The notes: generated from the sequence alone by a model not told the origin. A DNA stretch of 62,489 nt, filler included, from Asterionella formosa (GCA_002256025.1; 15 parts of 15 records of this genome joined end to end with filler, not necessarily neighbours in it), one strand, 5' to 3'; shown: positions 11,776-25,068, numbered from the whole stretch's first letter. Numbers and translations are program-made.

Positions 11776-12437
11776 CCCATCTAAGCCGCGTATTACGTGA
11801 AGTGACCATCACGTAAATAAGCCTAGTTGATTTTGAATGGATCACATGAATTAGTTGAATACATCAAAATGCTTACTTGAATATATCTATATATTATCTG
11901 AATACATCACGTTAATTATTTGATCAGAGTATCATGCATGCATTCCTGATCATCACTATATTACGTGATCACCTTCACATAATTATTTGAAATACTTCAC
12001 ATAATTATTTGAAATACTTCAATTAATTCTGTAATTCAGTTCACATTGCCTTAAATTTTTGTTCACGTAATTCTATAATATGGTTCACGTAATTTATTAA
12101 ATTTTTTTACGTATTTTAAAAGTACTATCAAATAATGTTGATTACTAATTCAACAACCGGTATTTCACATTACATGGGAAGCAAATCTCGATATGCAATC
12201 AAACAAAGCAGTTCTTTCAGAATGGCATCTTCAGTCTTGAGAAGGCAGGCATTATGAGAAGTCTGTAAGGACAATGCAAGACAAACATAAGCCATGCATT
12301 CTGAATGAAGAAATCATTCATTCTTGAAGAGGCATTATTGCACGAAGTTGCAACATGAATGCATCACACACTGGCTTCCTTCTTGTCCTTGAAATGACTT
12401 GCTTCTTCATTGACCTGCAGAGATTTTCATAACAACA
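11776..12437 (+). mobile_element. DNA-transposon terminus (CMC/EnSpm-like) with subterminal TTCACGTAAT-type repeats
   Basis: Starts CCCATCTAAGCCGCG; about ten ATCACGT/TTCACRT motifs follow in both orientations. The same ~138 bp occurs in a different context at 41517-41655. Superfamily is inferred from the CCC start. Confidence 0.55.
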
Positions 12438-12537
12438 NNNNNNNNNNNNNNNNNNNNNNNNNNNNNNNNNNNNNNNNNNNNTTAATTAATTAANNNNNNN
12501 NNNNNNNNNNNNNNNNNNNNNNNNNNNNNNNNNNNNN

Positions 12538-12736
12538 CAGTGATCAACGGCTGTATCAGTGATACAGCATTGGTCAGGGGTCCAAAAACTGTATCAGTGA
12601 TACACCCATGATACACTGGTGATCAGACCAAAAAAACCGTTGGTGATACACAAAAAAAACCAAACCGCCATTTTTGTATCATATTTCGGCGATGATACAC
12701 CAATGACAACAAATAACAGAATGATAAGAACGGCCC
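12538..12736. mobile_element. End of a PIF/Harbinger-like non-autonomous element
   Basis: Repeated TGATACA/TGTATCA subterminal motifs ending ...AACGGCCC followed by TTA, which fits a GGGCC terminus and TWA target. Confidence 0.45.
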
Positions 12737-13078
12737 TTAGTCTGCAGTCTGTATGCATGGCTGTGTTCAATTTTTGGGGTCTTGAGGTAGACACCGTACA
12801 TAGAACTAGTATTTGCAAACCCCCTGACCCTGCTGTATATAATATTTTTCGCCTAAAAACCCTTGTTACAATCTCCCCCCCCTCAGAGTTATATCAAATA
12901 CATCGGAATTCAATAAAAGAGAACTCGACTAACATCCATTCTATACTTTGATGTCAGTTCAGGAAACGATTTGTATATAAGGATTAGTTAATAAGCTTAT
13001 ATATTCAACTAATACTTCTACTTCTAGTTAGATACTTCACTTTGAATTCAAAAAGGGTCGAATAAGAAGACAACAAAC

Positions 13079-14704
13079 ATGGCAATGTATGCAAGGGTTC
13101 CTGTGATTCCTTTGATCAAAGACTACAATGTATTGACTATCAAGACTAAAACATTCAGAGTTGCTTTAACCGGTGGAAGGTTTGAATTGTTTGATCAAGA
13201 TATGATCGATGGAAGCTCGGTGGAAGAATTGTTAATTGGAGTGAGTCAATTTCGTGGCAGGGCTAACACATGTGCCTTAAGCCCTGCAGATACCTTTTCC
13301 TACTCTAAAAGGTGTTTGACCGACATTGCCTTATCGGATTGGTTGAATGTGGAAGTACACCCAGAAGATCAATCTTACAATAGTTTTGATGAAGCGATGG
13401 TTTTATGGTTAGACGATTGTTTACCAAACGAGAGTTTTCAACGTCAACGAGAATGGATGCTACGTTTTTTATCTAAACCGTTTTCTATGTTGGTAATGGA
13501 TTTCGGAGCTCGTATTAAAACTTTAAACAGGCTACTTCAACTAATGCCTCATCCAGAAGATCAAAACGGATTGTCAAAAGAAGATATGCGGATTATCATT
13601 ATCCGTTCTATGCCCAATGAGTGGCAACAAGAGTTTGAATTAAATCATGCGAAGACTTCAGACCAATCGATTCGCTCGGTTCTCGCTTCCTTCGAGAGTC
13701 AACAATCGTTTAAAAACCGAAACAAGCATCTTCCCAAGAACAGTTTTCAAGCAATCACACAAAATCGTCTTCGTATTGCTGAAAGCAATCGTGTCATGCG
13801 TCAAGAAAACGAGCGTGTCAGTCGTCAATTCTACAACGATAATTTTACTCCAAGTGGTCGTGGAAGAGCGCGTGCTATTGTCAATGCAGCCGGACGCGCA
13901 TGGGATCGTCAGGCGACTGTTCGTCATCAAGCTCTACAAGCCAGTCGTGCGTACCATGATTATCGTGGTCCTTGCCCGGTACATCCTGAAGTTGCACATA
14001 CTTGGGGCAATTGTTTCCACAATCCTCGTACTCAAGGTGGTCAAGCAGGTCGCATGGCTGGTCGTCATAATGGACGTGGCTGTTCCAGTTTCGGTAGACA
14101 AGGACATTTTGGTGGTAGTGGAGGCGGTTCACACAGCAATCCTACGGAAAGCTACCATACTGACACTGCTAACCCTGTGCCTGTTCCACATGCTCGTATG
14201 TTAAATGCATGGGGTCATAATACTCATCCATCCGGTTGGGGTACCATGCCACGTGCCGATCCTACCGAGAATACATCTGCCCAGAAATTTTCAGTGGTCA
14301 CGAACCCTCCTGCTGGTCAGATAGTGACTTTTGTCCCTACTACACAACATCAGATTGCTGATCGCCATCACAGAGGTATGTGCGATAATAGCGATGCTAT
14401 TTGTAATGACTCGTTGAGTATATCTCACGTTAGTCATCAACTGAATAATATTGTTTACTTACAGGTTGAATACACTATGGATACCGCTGTTAATGTAACG
14501 CGGGACATATATAACTGTATTGATGGACATGACATTCCACATACATATCAGGGCCCAATTCCGGTTTCCTGTTTTACTTCTAAGGATATATTAACATCAA
14601 TTGATTTGATTCCGATGTCCTTTTTCGCGCCACGATTGGTGGATGATATACCTATGCATAAAATACTACGACTATTATCAATAATGGAGGATCCTTATCC
14701 TTAA
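13079..14704 (+). CDS. gag: Gypsy Gag running into a frameshifted protease
   Basis: SMPNEWQQEF; zinc knuckle variant CPVHPEVAHTWGNC; RG-rich tract; begins 40 nt after the LTR. Confidence 0.8.
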   Translation: MAMYARVPVIPLIKDYNVLTIKTKTFRVALTGGRFELFDQDMIDGSSVEELLIGVSQFRGRANTCALSPADTFSYSKRCLTDIALSDWLNVEVHPEDQSYNSFDEAMVLWLDDCLPNESFQRQREWMLRFLSKPFSMLVMDFGARIKTLNRLLQLMPHPEDQNGLSKEDMRIIIIRSMPNEWQQEFELNHAKTSDQSIRSVLASFESQQSFKNRNKHLPKNSFQAITQNRLRIAESNRVMRQENERVSRQFYNDNFTPSGRGRARAIVNAAGRAWDRQATVRHQALQASRAYHDYRGPCPVHPEVAHTWGNCFHNPRTQGGQAGRMAGRHNGRGCSSFGRQGHFGGSGGGSHSNPTESYHTDTANPVPVPHARMLNAWGHNTHPSGWGTMPRADPTENTSAQKFSVVTNPPAGQIVTFVPTTQHQIADRHHRGMCDNSDAICNDSLSISHVSHQLNNIVYLQVEYTMDTAVNVTRDIYNCIDGHDIPHTYQGPIPVSCFTSKDILTSIDLIPMSFFAPRLVDDIPMHKILRLLSIMEDPYP

Positions 14705-16615
14705 TACATGAACGGGTTATGCCGCAAGGTATTTCTTTGTCTAACGAGATTTCCCAATTAATACATACCATAGCTGGTACTTATTCATCTCATGCCAGTG
14801 TCATGCTGTATGACCTGATTTTACCAGAATTTAATCGATCCGCTCATATTTTACAACAAAAATGTCAAGTCTTCAATGGTCTATGCACATTTGATGTTAT
14901 TTTAGGACGTGATTTCCTCCGTCAAGTTGGTTTAACCATTGATTTCTTAAATAACACCATGTCCTGTATGGATATGATTGTTCCTTTGCATCCTCTCACA
15001 TTCTTTGATGATGGAGAACGTTTACGAGATGTATTATTATTTTGATGCACCTATGATTGTGGAATCTTCATATGCGCTGGAACTTAAAGCTGCTGAATAT
15101 AATTACGTAAATATTGATACAGCGGTGGATAAACAGACACATTTGACAACAATACAACGATCATGTTTACGAACTATGTTGGTTAAATATCAAACATTAT
15201 TTGATGGCAAATTAAAAGTCTATCCTCATAAACAGGTACATTTGGAATTATTATCAAATGCTGTCCCTCGTCATCAACGAGCATATCCGGTCGCTCACAT
15301 TCATTTAGAAGTTTTCAAAACCGAATTACAACGATTATGTGATATTGGAGTCCTACAAAAATGTGGTGCTTCTAAATGGGCATCTCCCACATTTATTATT
15401 CCAAAAAAGGATGGAAGTGTCCGATGGGTATCAGATTTTCGTGAACTTAATAAAGTCATCAATCGCAATATATACCCTTTGCCTCGAATACAAACTATTC
15501 TCACTAAACGTGCTGGATATGTATTTTTCACCATTTTTGCATTGGATGTGGAGAGTCAAAACTTGTGCATTATTTCCACTCCATTTGGTTTATATAAATA
15601 TTTACGTCTCCCTATGGGGGTAAAACAATCATCTGACATTGCCCAAGGAACCACCATGGAAAAGGTTTTTGGTGATTTAGATGACATGGACATTTATAAT
15701 GATGATGAAGGTTGTTTTTCAATGAATTTTTCGGATCACCTTCATTTATTGGACACTATTTTAAATCGTTTACAGACAAATGGTTTTAAAATTAATCCAT
15801 CTAAGTGTGAATGGGCCGTCCAAGAGACAGATTGGTTAGGCCATTGGTTAACTCCTAATGGACTGAAACCTTGGTCTAAAAAGGTCCGAGCATTAATTAA
15901 TATGTCTTCGACTACCAATCTTAAACAAGTTCAATCATTTCTCGGTGCGATTACCTACCATCGAGACATGTTTCTTCGACGCTCTGACGTTCTCGGAAAA
16001 TTCACGGATTTAATTGGAACTGGTCCATTTGTCTGGTTACCTATCCATCAACAAGCTTTTGAAGAAATGAAGGCATTGTTAGTTGCAGATACACTCATGC
16101 ATTATCCTGACCATAATCTTCCTTTTCATATCTTTACTGATGCCTCTGATTATCAATTAGGGTCGGTCATTATGCAAATGATCTCCCAGTTGCTTATTAT
16201 TCTCGCAAATTATCTGCTGCTCAAAAGAATTATACTACTATTGAAAAAGAATTACTTTCTGTGGGAGAAACTTTCAAAGAATTTCGCTCTATGTTATTGG
16301 GCGCAGTTCTACATGTTCACGCTGATCATCGAAATCTTATTTATAATACATTACATACACAACGTGTTCTACGATGGCGACTTTACATTGAAGAATACCA
16401 TCCTACTTTTCATTATGTGAAAGGGACTGACAATGCTATTGCAGATTCCATCTCTCGCCTCCCGAGGCTTGAGTCTTTGGTGGAGGATGATATTGATATT
16501 GGACCGAAATCTCCAACATCAACTTCCACTTCTACTTTTTCAATTGAATTAGATGATGAACCTCTGCTTACATGTTTCCTTAATCATCCCATCTTGACAG
16601 ACAATATTCAATATC
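14680..16615 (+). pseudogene. pol: Gypsy pol, frameshifted
   Basis: Protease FDVILGRDFL; RT WASPTFIIPKKDGSVRWVSDFRELNK, YPLPRI, YLRLPMG, active site decayed to YNDD; RNase H FTDASDYQLG, DHRNL, RVLRWRL, DNAIADSISRL. Confidence 0.92.
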
Positions 16616-17144
16616 NNNNNNNNNNNNNNNNNNNNNNNNNNNNNNNNNNNNNNNNNNNNTTAATTAATTAANNNNNNNNNNNNNNNNNNNNNNNNNNNNN
16701 NNNNNNNNNNNNNNNCATATTTGTATTACTCTATGTATCTAATGATGATGATCCCCTGATCATATTTTTTCAATTTATCATATAGCACAATAATTATCAT
16801 TGTAAATAAAATTGTAACTGTTTCGGCTATTCATTTACAATTTGCGTTTGCAGTTTGTTTACCATTGGATTGGTTGCAACGAATACCGGGCTTCCTACAT
16901 GGTTATATTGACAACATTATGAAATAATCAATTTTGGTTTGGTTATCTATACTAACGTCTGATTTTGGGAACAGCATACCTGTACACTCAAATACTCAAA
17001 TAGAGAGACTTGTAAGACTGCAGTAATCGTAGTGACCTCATTGGAACTAGGCAGGGCATCGACTAATTTCGATTCATGGTTGTACGTAGTCGCATTCCGG
17101 TAGACTCTCGGAATTATCTCTCAACATACATACCGGTACGAATG

Positions 17145-17517
17145 TGTCAAGAATATATAATCAATGGCTATGATGAGTCACAAGGACTGTGGACTTAGTC
17201 TAATGAATCAAATGGTGCGTTCCCATCTGAAGAAGCTTGCTAACAAGATTTATGTCTTAGATCAATCAGAAGAAGGTTTGCATAAACGAAAAGGGAACAC
17301 AAAGAACAGGTTCTCAAAGTGTGATAAATGGGATTGAAACTTAGTTTTAGTTTAAGCTTATAATTAAGAAACAGTGAGAATTGACAGAGTAAGGTCAAAA
17401 GCGAAAACTAGCACAAAGGCTAGCAGCAGATAGAAGATAACAATCCTACGGTAGTAGTACAACAGGTCATGTAAGAGGATACCCGTCAGACGGGAAGGAG
17501 TATGAGACCTTTTAACA
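17145..17517. mobile_element. Solo LTR (373 bp)
   Basis: TGTCAAGA...TTTTAACA ends; flanks cGAATG / aGAATG (imperfect TSD); homologous to 25069-25445. Confidence 0.65.
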
Positions 17518-17584
17518 AGAATGGAGTATTTTACCCACCGCTGAGCAAAGTATCTACCGGTAACACCAAGCAAGGTGTTCTTGG

Positions 17585-17712
17585 CTAATATTGCCCATCA
17601 TTGAAGAATAATTGTTTTTCCTCTGTATGTCAGCATTTCGGCAAGACAATTTACACCAATTGCCCCTCGATTTTCCAGCCCTCGTCTTGCTGAAATCGGC
17701 AAGGGGTCTACT
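17585..17712 (+). repeat. Dispersed repeat end B (hairpin plus GGGGTCTACT); also at about 43740-43870
   Basis: Shared CCAATTGCCCCTCG.TTTTCCAGCCC...TTGCYGAAATCGGCAAGGGGTCTACTT, then abrupt divergence. Confidence 0.85.
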
Positions 17713-18042
17713 TTACTGCGGCCCTCGGCTTAACCCTAGTTTGAAGAAAACGTCGCTAGGGTTGTAAAATCGGCATGGAACAGGGAGTTTGCTGCTATGA
17801 GTTCCCATGATTTGACTGTCCATTTGAATAATTGAATTAAATAGGAGTCGGCGCCAGACAGATAGAATTCCATTTTAAACAAAAGAAAATGATATTTAAA
17901 TGTTTAATTCCGATTGCAATATTTTGTCGACTGTTGAAAAAGCCGATCGGGTCGACTTTTTGGAAGAGGATTGCTCTACATCTACGGGTTTTCATGACGA
18001 TTAAAATAGATAGCCGTGTACCCTATAGCGTCAGGAGTTAAC

Positions 18043-18162
18043 TTCTGGAGAGAAGTGGCAGTTATGTATCGTAAATTTTTTGAAAAGCTTCGTAGCCCCT
18101 TTTTTGAATACTTTAGCGGTAGATATGAATCTATGATACATAACTGCCACTTCTCTCCAGAA
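18043..18162. repeat. 120-bp MITE-like palindrome
   Basis: Perfect 28-bp IR TTCTGGAGAGAAGTGGCAGTTATGTATC at 18043-18070 / 18135-18162; no clear TSD. Confidence 0.85.
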
Positions 18163-18225
18163 ATGGGGTCCTTACCATATCTTTATACATAGATCATACC
18201 CCTAAGTTGAGCAATGACAGTATCA

Positions 18226-19117
18226 AGTGGTGAGTATAACAGTGACACACTGGATCAGGAATGTAGATACTATTTATCCAATTTGAGATTTGATTGCTTC
18301 CACGTTCCATTGTGATTGCTTCCTTCATTGTTTGTCATTTTGTACTGTCGTGTTGGTTTGATTGTATCTATCTACACAAGGGCCGAAAATTTACCAATGC
18401 CTAATCTTTGAAGATGAATTGTTGTTGATCTTATTTTTTGATTTGCATAGTCACTGACCATGATATCAATATTGCTGCCAAGCATTGATTTTCTTGTCCT
18501 AATGCGCTGTGCTACATTTCTAATCAGAGTTTATATCACATGATACATATCAATACTCAGCTAGGTAGATTCGATAGCGAAGCAGCCTGGCAATCAAGCT
18601 TGCTCAGAATGGAATGATTGGAGTTGTTTGGTGGGAGGAACAACTGTGGGCGGAAGGACTTCTGTCAGGCTATGGCTGTGTGCATGGTTGCAGCAACCAG
18701 ATTATCTACACTATATAACAATGCAGACCTCAATTGGGTTCAGCCTTTTCTTCTTTTCAGTATTATTTCGCTCTTCTGTTGTGTCATGGAAAAAATTCAA
18801 TGTTTCCTGTGTAAGTACTGCAATTTAATTTACCATTTGAAGCTGCTTATTATATTGCATATCAAACTTTGGTTGCTCCAAACATCATGTTCAATTTTCA
18901 TTGATATTGTATGTTGCAGTAATTCTCGTGTGTTTGACACTTGTTTTACCATTTCTATGAATATTACCGTTATTTGGCTGTCATGCTAAAATATGCCATT
19001 TTAGTGCCAAAAAATTCGAATTGCCCCTAATTAAAAATTGTTTCTGAAATTATTTAGAGCTGAAAAATTGCTTAGAAGTACCCGAGTGGCAAGATGATTG
19101 CTGGAGCGGGAATCGCT
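18226..19117 (+). mobile_element. Diverged non-coding repeat ending in end A; homologous to 44537-45507
   Basis: Colinear similarity over about 0.9 kb (e.g. CTTTGGTTGCTCCAAACATCATGTTCAATTTTCATTGAT), ending GCTGGAGCGGGAATYGC. Confidence 0.8.
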
Positions 19118-19213
19118 TTAGTACACCTACATACTGTGCGTATCTGATTCTGAATGATAACACGCATTCCATGATATGTGTAACAATTGATATACCGGTA
19201 TTAGGACTATTTA

Positions 19214-19405
19214 TTATCATTTTGGATAGGGCATCATATTATTTGACAAAGTATCATGCAATGGCTACTCAATTTAAACGAAAATTATTCATTCTCCACA
19301 ATAGAGCCCCCGTTCTTATCATTTTGGAAAGGGGATCACATTTTTTGGAAAATTATCACGCAATGGCAATTACTTGATTTATACTGAAAATATTAATTCT
19401 CCACA
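19214..19405 (+). repeat. Degenerate ~103-bp tandem duplication
   Basis: Two units TTATCATTTTGGA...TATCAYGCAATGGC...ATTCTCCACA. Confidence 0.7.
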
Positions 19406-21390
19406 TTAAAAAAATCGTGTCACCCAAAAGTGTCGAAAATTCAATGGTTACAGGCTGGCTACAAACATGTGCTGCTTGTCACTCCAGACCATTTTGATAA
19501 TCCAGTACTCAAACCATGTAGGAAATCTACGCATATGTGGACAAGTATAGAATCTATGTAAAGTGGAAAGTACTGGTACTTTAATCTATCTACATCAATC
19601 TACTTGCACATGTAAACACATAGAATTTATGCATCAAGCAATCTGTTAAATTCTTGATTGGCGATGTAACATGCTCTGGCATAAGTTGAAACACATATGC
19701 AAGAACCGTCAGGTTGTTATGCACAAGAACTTTTAGGTTGCGTATGCACTCGCCTGAATTCACCAGTATCACTGATAATGTCTTTGGAGGGAGTCCAAAA
19801 TGGTATCATTTTTGTATCAATAAAACTGCATTGATACCATTTTCTTTCCATTGCCAAGGCCTTTGCCTACTACTGCACCGGATAATAAACCATGACTCAC
19901 ATTTTTTCCGAAAACCGTTGTTGGCCATTCCTTGCCACATCGGAAACTTGTGTGTTTTTCGGGTTTTGATTTCCCGAAACTCAAAATATTTTAAGTCACA
20001 TCCGAAAATCGTCGATTTCTTTGGAAACTTTAGTCACATTCGAGAAATTGATTTCACACCCAAAGCACTAGATAGAATAACATTAATAATAGATTTCGAC
20101 TAAACCAACTCTTCATCTATACATAAAAACCAGTACAATTGCAATCAACAGTCACTCACTCATCTACCATGGCCTGCTTGTCCTCCTTGCAGTCCTCCCA
20201 GAGGGATTATATTGATTGTCCTTGGCAAGATATTGTCTACAATGCCATAGTCAATGAGGCATTGAACTTGATTGCTGAGGATAACTCAAAAGATGAAGAA
20301 AAGACATTGGCACTGAAGAAACAAGCATCAAGACCTCCAAGAAGTAAGTGATGACCAGCAGACTGGATATTGTTGCACATCTTTGTCCACCAGATCTCAC
20401 TCAATTGTCCATTATTCGCTCCGGGTACCCCTTCTTTCTCACAAAAGCAGCAATAACAAGCAATGATAATAATGATACGAGGAATGGGTTAATTTGCAAG
20501 AAAACTGGCGAAATGTTTTGAACGGTCCTGTAAAACTGATATTTATCATCAGTAATGTTTGTATGTCGTATGTAGCTCAACGAAAAGGCGCGCCAAAAAT
20601 ATTGGAACGAAACGAGGACGAGCTGTTGGGGCAAAATATTATTACTCTTGAATAATTTGTATCGGTATGACACAAAAAGATAACTTCCCTTTCTTCCCTT
20701 GACTGTATTGCTTATCACATGAGCGAGCCAATTGATCTTGGCCTGGACTCTGACGAGGATCACCCTCGTCGATTAATCGCCCTGCCCGGAGACGANNNNN
20801 NNNNNNNNNNNNNNNNNNNNNNNNNNNNNNNNNNNNNNNTTAATTAATTAANNNNNNNNNNNNNNNNNNNNNNNNNNNNNNNNNNNNNNNNNNNNTCCGT
20901 TTAAATGTAATTGGGCAGGTTGCATTGGGCATGCATTCGACCATGCTTGCATTTTATGACACCATCATCGTTAAATGATAACATCGAAAACAAGGATGCT
21001 GATCAAAGAAGTCTTCATTTATTTGCGCCTTACATCTGCCGGTAGTACGGCCGTTGGTAAGCAACCGAGGACCAAACAAAACCCAAAAACTTCTTTTTGG
21101 ATTGGTTTTGGTCAGTCTGACGCAAAAATGATGCTAAATGCTTCCTGAAATTTCCTGAAAGTCATTGTAGAAAAAACATTGAAATTCAATGGAATTTACT
21201 GAATGTATTTATCTTTTGCTTCCTGACAGCAAGCAAGTCTTTTTACCAATGTTTATAATTATATCCTCTTCTTCGTTTTTGCCACTGTAGGAATCTGGCT
21301 ATCTATTTCGCTGAATCATGCTACTAAGTGAAGATTTTCTATGCGTACACATATTATGAAATTAGCACCTGTCCGGCGACACGTTGTCCG

Positions 21391-21512
21391 TTCAAGAAAA
21401 TGACCGCAACTTGCTTGTAGCTTTACCGGTATATGAGAAGACTTTGAAGTTCTTATTTCAAGAAAATGAGCTTGTAGCTGTACCGATATATGAGAAGTCT
21501 TTGAAGTTCATT
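21391..21512 (+). repeat. Tandem duplication of about 60 bp
   Basis: Two copies of TTCAAGAAAATGA..GCTTGTAGCT.TACCG.TATATGAGAAG.CTTTGAAGTTC. Confidence 0.8.
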
Positions 21513-21983
21513 TATGATACAGTATACCGAAATAATGGCAATTTTCGGTATAGTATACATTTTATTTGAACATGATACATCAAACCATTACAGCCTCCTA
21601 CGTACCGGTAATTGATATATCGATTTGTTCTTCTCCGCTCTTGGTTTCCTGATTTTAACTCATCAAAATAAATTTAGTATTCTACCCGGTTCAGTGCCTG
21701 GTGCTACGATGATGCCGGTATATACCGGTATGAGAAAAAGAAAAAAAAAGAGTACCAGTAGGTCTATGGTGGTGCAATGTGGTGCAGCGACAATATGACG
21801 TCAGCAAGTAGTGCCTTAGTTCAAAATTCATTCCGGTATACTTGATAACGATTTTCATTTTTCGTGAAAGAATATTATGCTTCTCTCCGAAGCTCGAACC
21901 ATATCCGATTCCTCTGTTTGCTTTTTCCTACTTCCTCTTCTACAGCAATTTGTGCCACATTTGCGTATAACCTCAACAATCCC

Positions 21984-22718
21984 ATGATGAAAGCCTGGAC
22001 TTGTCATGGTCGGACTCAAAAAGAACTCGTACAGCAATTGAAATCTGCTGGGATTATATTTTCTCCACAAGTCGAGAATGTCATGACTCGTGTGGATCGA
22101 TCATACTTTACTTCTACATCCCCATACCAAGATGCGCCTCAACCAATTGGCCAAGGACAAACTATATCGGCTCCACACATGCATGCTCATGTGTTGGAAC
22201 TACTGGTACCACGACTAGTGACAGCAAAACCTCCATTGGCCGTACTTGATGTTGGGTGTGGAAGTGGATACCTCACAGCCTGTTTGGCCGAATTGGTACA
22301 TGACAAAGGAAAGGATACCGGTAGTCAAGTTTATGGGATAGATGTGTGGCCCAACTTGATTCAAATGAGTACCCACAATATCAACAAGTATAATCCTGAG
22401 TTGTTGAAAAGTGGAACTATTACACTATCTGTTGGTGATGGTTGGAAGGGATTCCCAGAAAAGAGGTTTGATGCCATTCATGTAGGTGCAGCTGCGAGTG
22501 AAATTCCGCAAGCATTGTTGATGCAACTGAAATTGGATGGGATTTTGATTGTTCCAGTTGGCCCTACCGGTGGTGTGCAAGTGTTGTATCAAGTTGAACG
22601 GGTGCACGAATCGTCTGTGTTTCAAAACAAAGACTTTCTGATAAAAGAATTGTTGGGTGTACGCTATGTTCCATTGATTCATCCAGAAGATTTATGTGTC
22701 ACAGACTTACAAGAGTAG
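21984..22718 (+). CDS. PCMT1: Protein-L-isoaspartate O-methyltransferase (true start may lie upstream)
   Basis: MKAW.CHG.TQ.ELV..L; YQDAPQPIGQGQTISAPHMHA; VLDVGCGSGY; GDGWKG; FDAIHVGAA; VRYVPL. Confidence 0.95.
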   Translation: MMKAWTCHGRTQKELVQQLKSAGIIFSPQVENVMTRVDRSYFTSTSPYQDAPQPIGQGQTISAPHMHAHVLELLVPRLVTAKPPLAVLDVGCGSGYLTACLAELVHDKGKDTGSQVYGIDVWPNLIQMSTHNINKYNPELLKSGTITLSVGDGWKGFPEKRFDAIHVGAAASEIPQALLMQLKLDGILIVPVGPTGGVQVLYQVERVHESSVFQNKDFLIKELLGVRYVPLIHPEDLCVTDLQE

Positions 22719-25068
22719 CCATTCAGGATTAATGTGCAATAGCTATGAATGTTGAGAATATGCTTCATGTTCCTAAGTAAATGTTCGTCTTGCATTTCAT
22801 AATGGTAAATATTCAATTCTGAAACTGAAATTTTTCCAATAATCAAGTTTTGTGCATCTCATCGCAACCGACCTTGTTTGCCATCACAGTTCTGAATTCC
22901 TGCAAACTTTCCAAAAGTCCAGTATCAAAGGAGGGGGCTCATTCTGCTCTGACGAGGTGGTCTGACTGTGCTGGTTTCGGTTCTGTCCACCAGGCGGCGT
23001 GTAAGTTAAGCCATGCAAGTTTTGACATGATAAAAGAATGTTTTTATTTTATACACTCCATCAGATGAATTCATACTCTCAAGTTATCGATTGTTTGGTC
23101 CAATTGACAAGAAGGCTGGCAATAGTAGATATGGTAGTTGTTTGCTGCCGTAGTATCATGCTCAATAGCGAAAGTATTGATTTTAATCTATAAGAAGAAC
23201 TGCCGTGAGCTGTTCTTGTTGCTTTAGTTTATGTATGTGAAAGCAGACGGAGCACCTCCTTTGCACCAATTAACTTTAGAATACACATGCTTAGCTATCA
23301 CTGGAATGTCCACAGAATTTCGCCAGCACTCCATCTATATTTTCCTATCAACCCATACATCAAAATTTGTGTTCAAAACTAGTATGTGTTGCTTGACATT
23401 TCGTCTTAAAATTGCTTTCTGTATTCTTTAAGGATACGTCAAGGACCAAATCGGTTGTAGATATGAAGAACAACGGTTGTTTTAAATCGATTGAAATCGT
23501 TCCTAAAATATTTTACAGAATTATGACGAGTTTTAGATGTTGATATTCTTTTCGATTCATTTGATTCAATTTGTATATATGTAGTTAATTTTCAAATCGG
23601 GATGTCTTTTAAAATAATTTCTCCAAGAACAGAATTGATATGCTGTTATGCTGCCTAAGCTTTACCTTCGTGTATTATTGTTCTGTGAAAACAATTTTTT
23701 AAAGTACATAAAAGCTAATAATCGTTCTTTCGCCTCAAAGAGGGTGGTTATTAACATGGCCTTTACCAGACCCTAGGACGTTGTCCTTTGATTGCCTGCT
23801 AGTACTATAGGGAAAGGCTGAGCCGAGCACTGTTCTTATCTAGTAAATCCGTTTGTGTTTGGATTCCAAGCCTATATTGAAGTCTCCACAGTTACAATCC
23901 AAAGTAGCAAGGAAAACTGAAAGAACAACGCTTCAACACACACCATGATGATAAACCTTGCGGCTTAGAAGCAAGGATTGAAAATGGAAGAGAAAATGGA
24001 ATCTAGCTACTATGGTATGTGAAGAGTACATGCCAAGGTGATCAATTGTTGGGTTACAAAATGATTGAAGGGAGGCAGGAGGCATGCATCAAGAGCATTG
24101 AGACAAGAATAGAAAAGGGGAACATTGGCTGTTTAACCACACAAAATGATGAAAAACAAATCTTTTGCAACTTCATTGTTGAAAAAGCTTGTCAGATGCT
24201 GGGTCATTTTCAATGGCAATATTGTCAGTGTCAAGAACTGGGCCAGCAGTACACAGTATCACTTCACCTTCTGCTGCCTCCTCAAATAAATAATCGCCTT
24301 CATCATAGTAAAAGGTGTCTGGATCACCATCGGAAATGATCCAGAAGTGATTTTCAAGGGAATACAGCTCAGTCATATCAACATCATCTACAGTCCTGGG
24401 AGCAGTGGTGACCACCATGGCAATCTCATCCCTACCTCTGATTTTCTTGAGCTCCCTCTGCTGCTGAACTGTCTTTCTTTCAAGTCGATGATCTTTTGCG
24501 ATGTTCACATGATGATTTCGGACCCACAGAGATGGGTGAATTTACTTGGAAAGCAAGGCATGAAAAGATGGAACCTTTGCCCATTGTCAAATTTTGTTTT
24601 TGTGCCATCCTGCACAGATATTTTTGAGATTTTTTGGCAGGCAGACTTCAATTTTTTTAATCTATATAAGCTTATTGCCATTCATACCTCCAGAAACATA
24701 CAGTTCTGTAGATTTAGATAAACTTTTCAGAAATGAAATATCCGTTGAATTGAGCTGGGGGCAAGGGATTGAAACCCAGACTGAATCCAGTCTATTAGAC
24801 TGAAATCAGTCTAGCCGGAAAGAATCCGATATGAATACATATACATATATTCATATACATTAAATAAAAATGAAAACATTCCCGATTTCACGACAACGAC
24901 AGGTCGTGGCAAGACAAGCAAAGCACCATTGCCACCATGTCATCTGAAAGTACTCCTTTGATTCCTTGNNNNNNNNNNNNNNNNNNNNNNNNNNNNNNNN
25001 NNNNNNNNNNNNTTAATTAATTAANNNNNNNNNNNNNNNNNNNNNNNNNNNNNNNNNNNNNNNNNNNN

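Larger units (their letters stand above)
8359..12437 (+). repeat. Whole contig repeated as the reverse complement at 58426-62489 (haplotig or recent repeat copy)
   Basis: Same endpoints. The 15-nt length difference equals one fewer 18-bp repeat unit plus one extra GAG. A few SNPs seen. Confidence 0.97.
12886..16615 (+). mobile_element. Degenerate Ty3/Gypsy LTR retrotransposon (partial 5' LTR ending 13039, gag, PR, RT, RNase H; truncated)
   Basis: LTR is homologous to 49363-49559 and ends GATACTTCA. Domain order PR-RT-RH. Several frameshifts. Confidence 0.93.

Noticed and set aside
22850..24800. Decayed minus-strand reading frames (including 24173-24508)
   Set aside because: Probably transposon debris, but I could not assign a motif.
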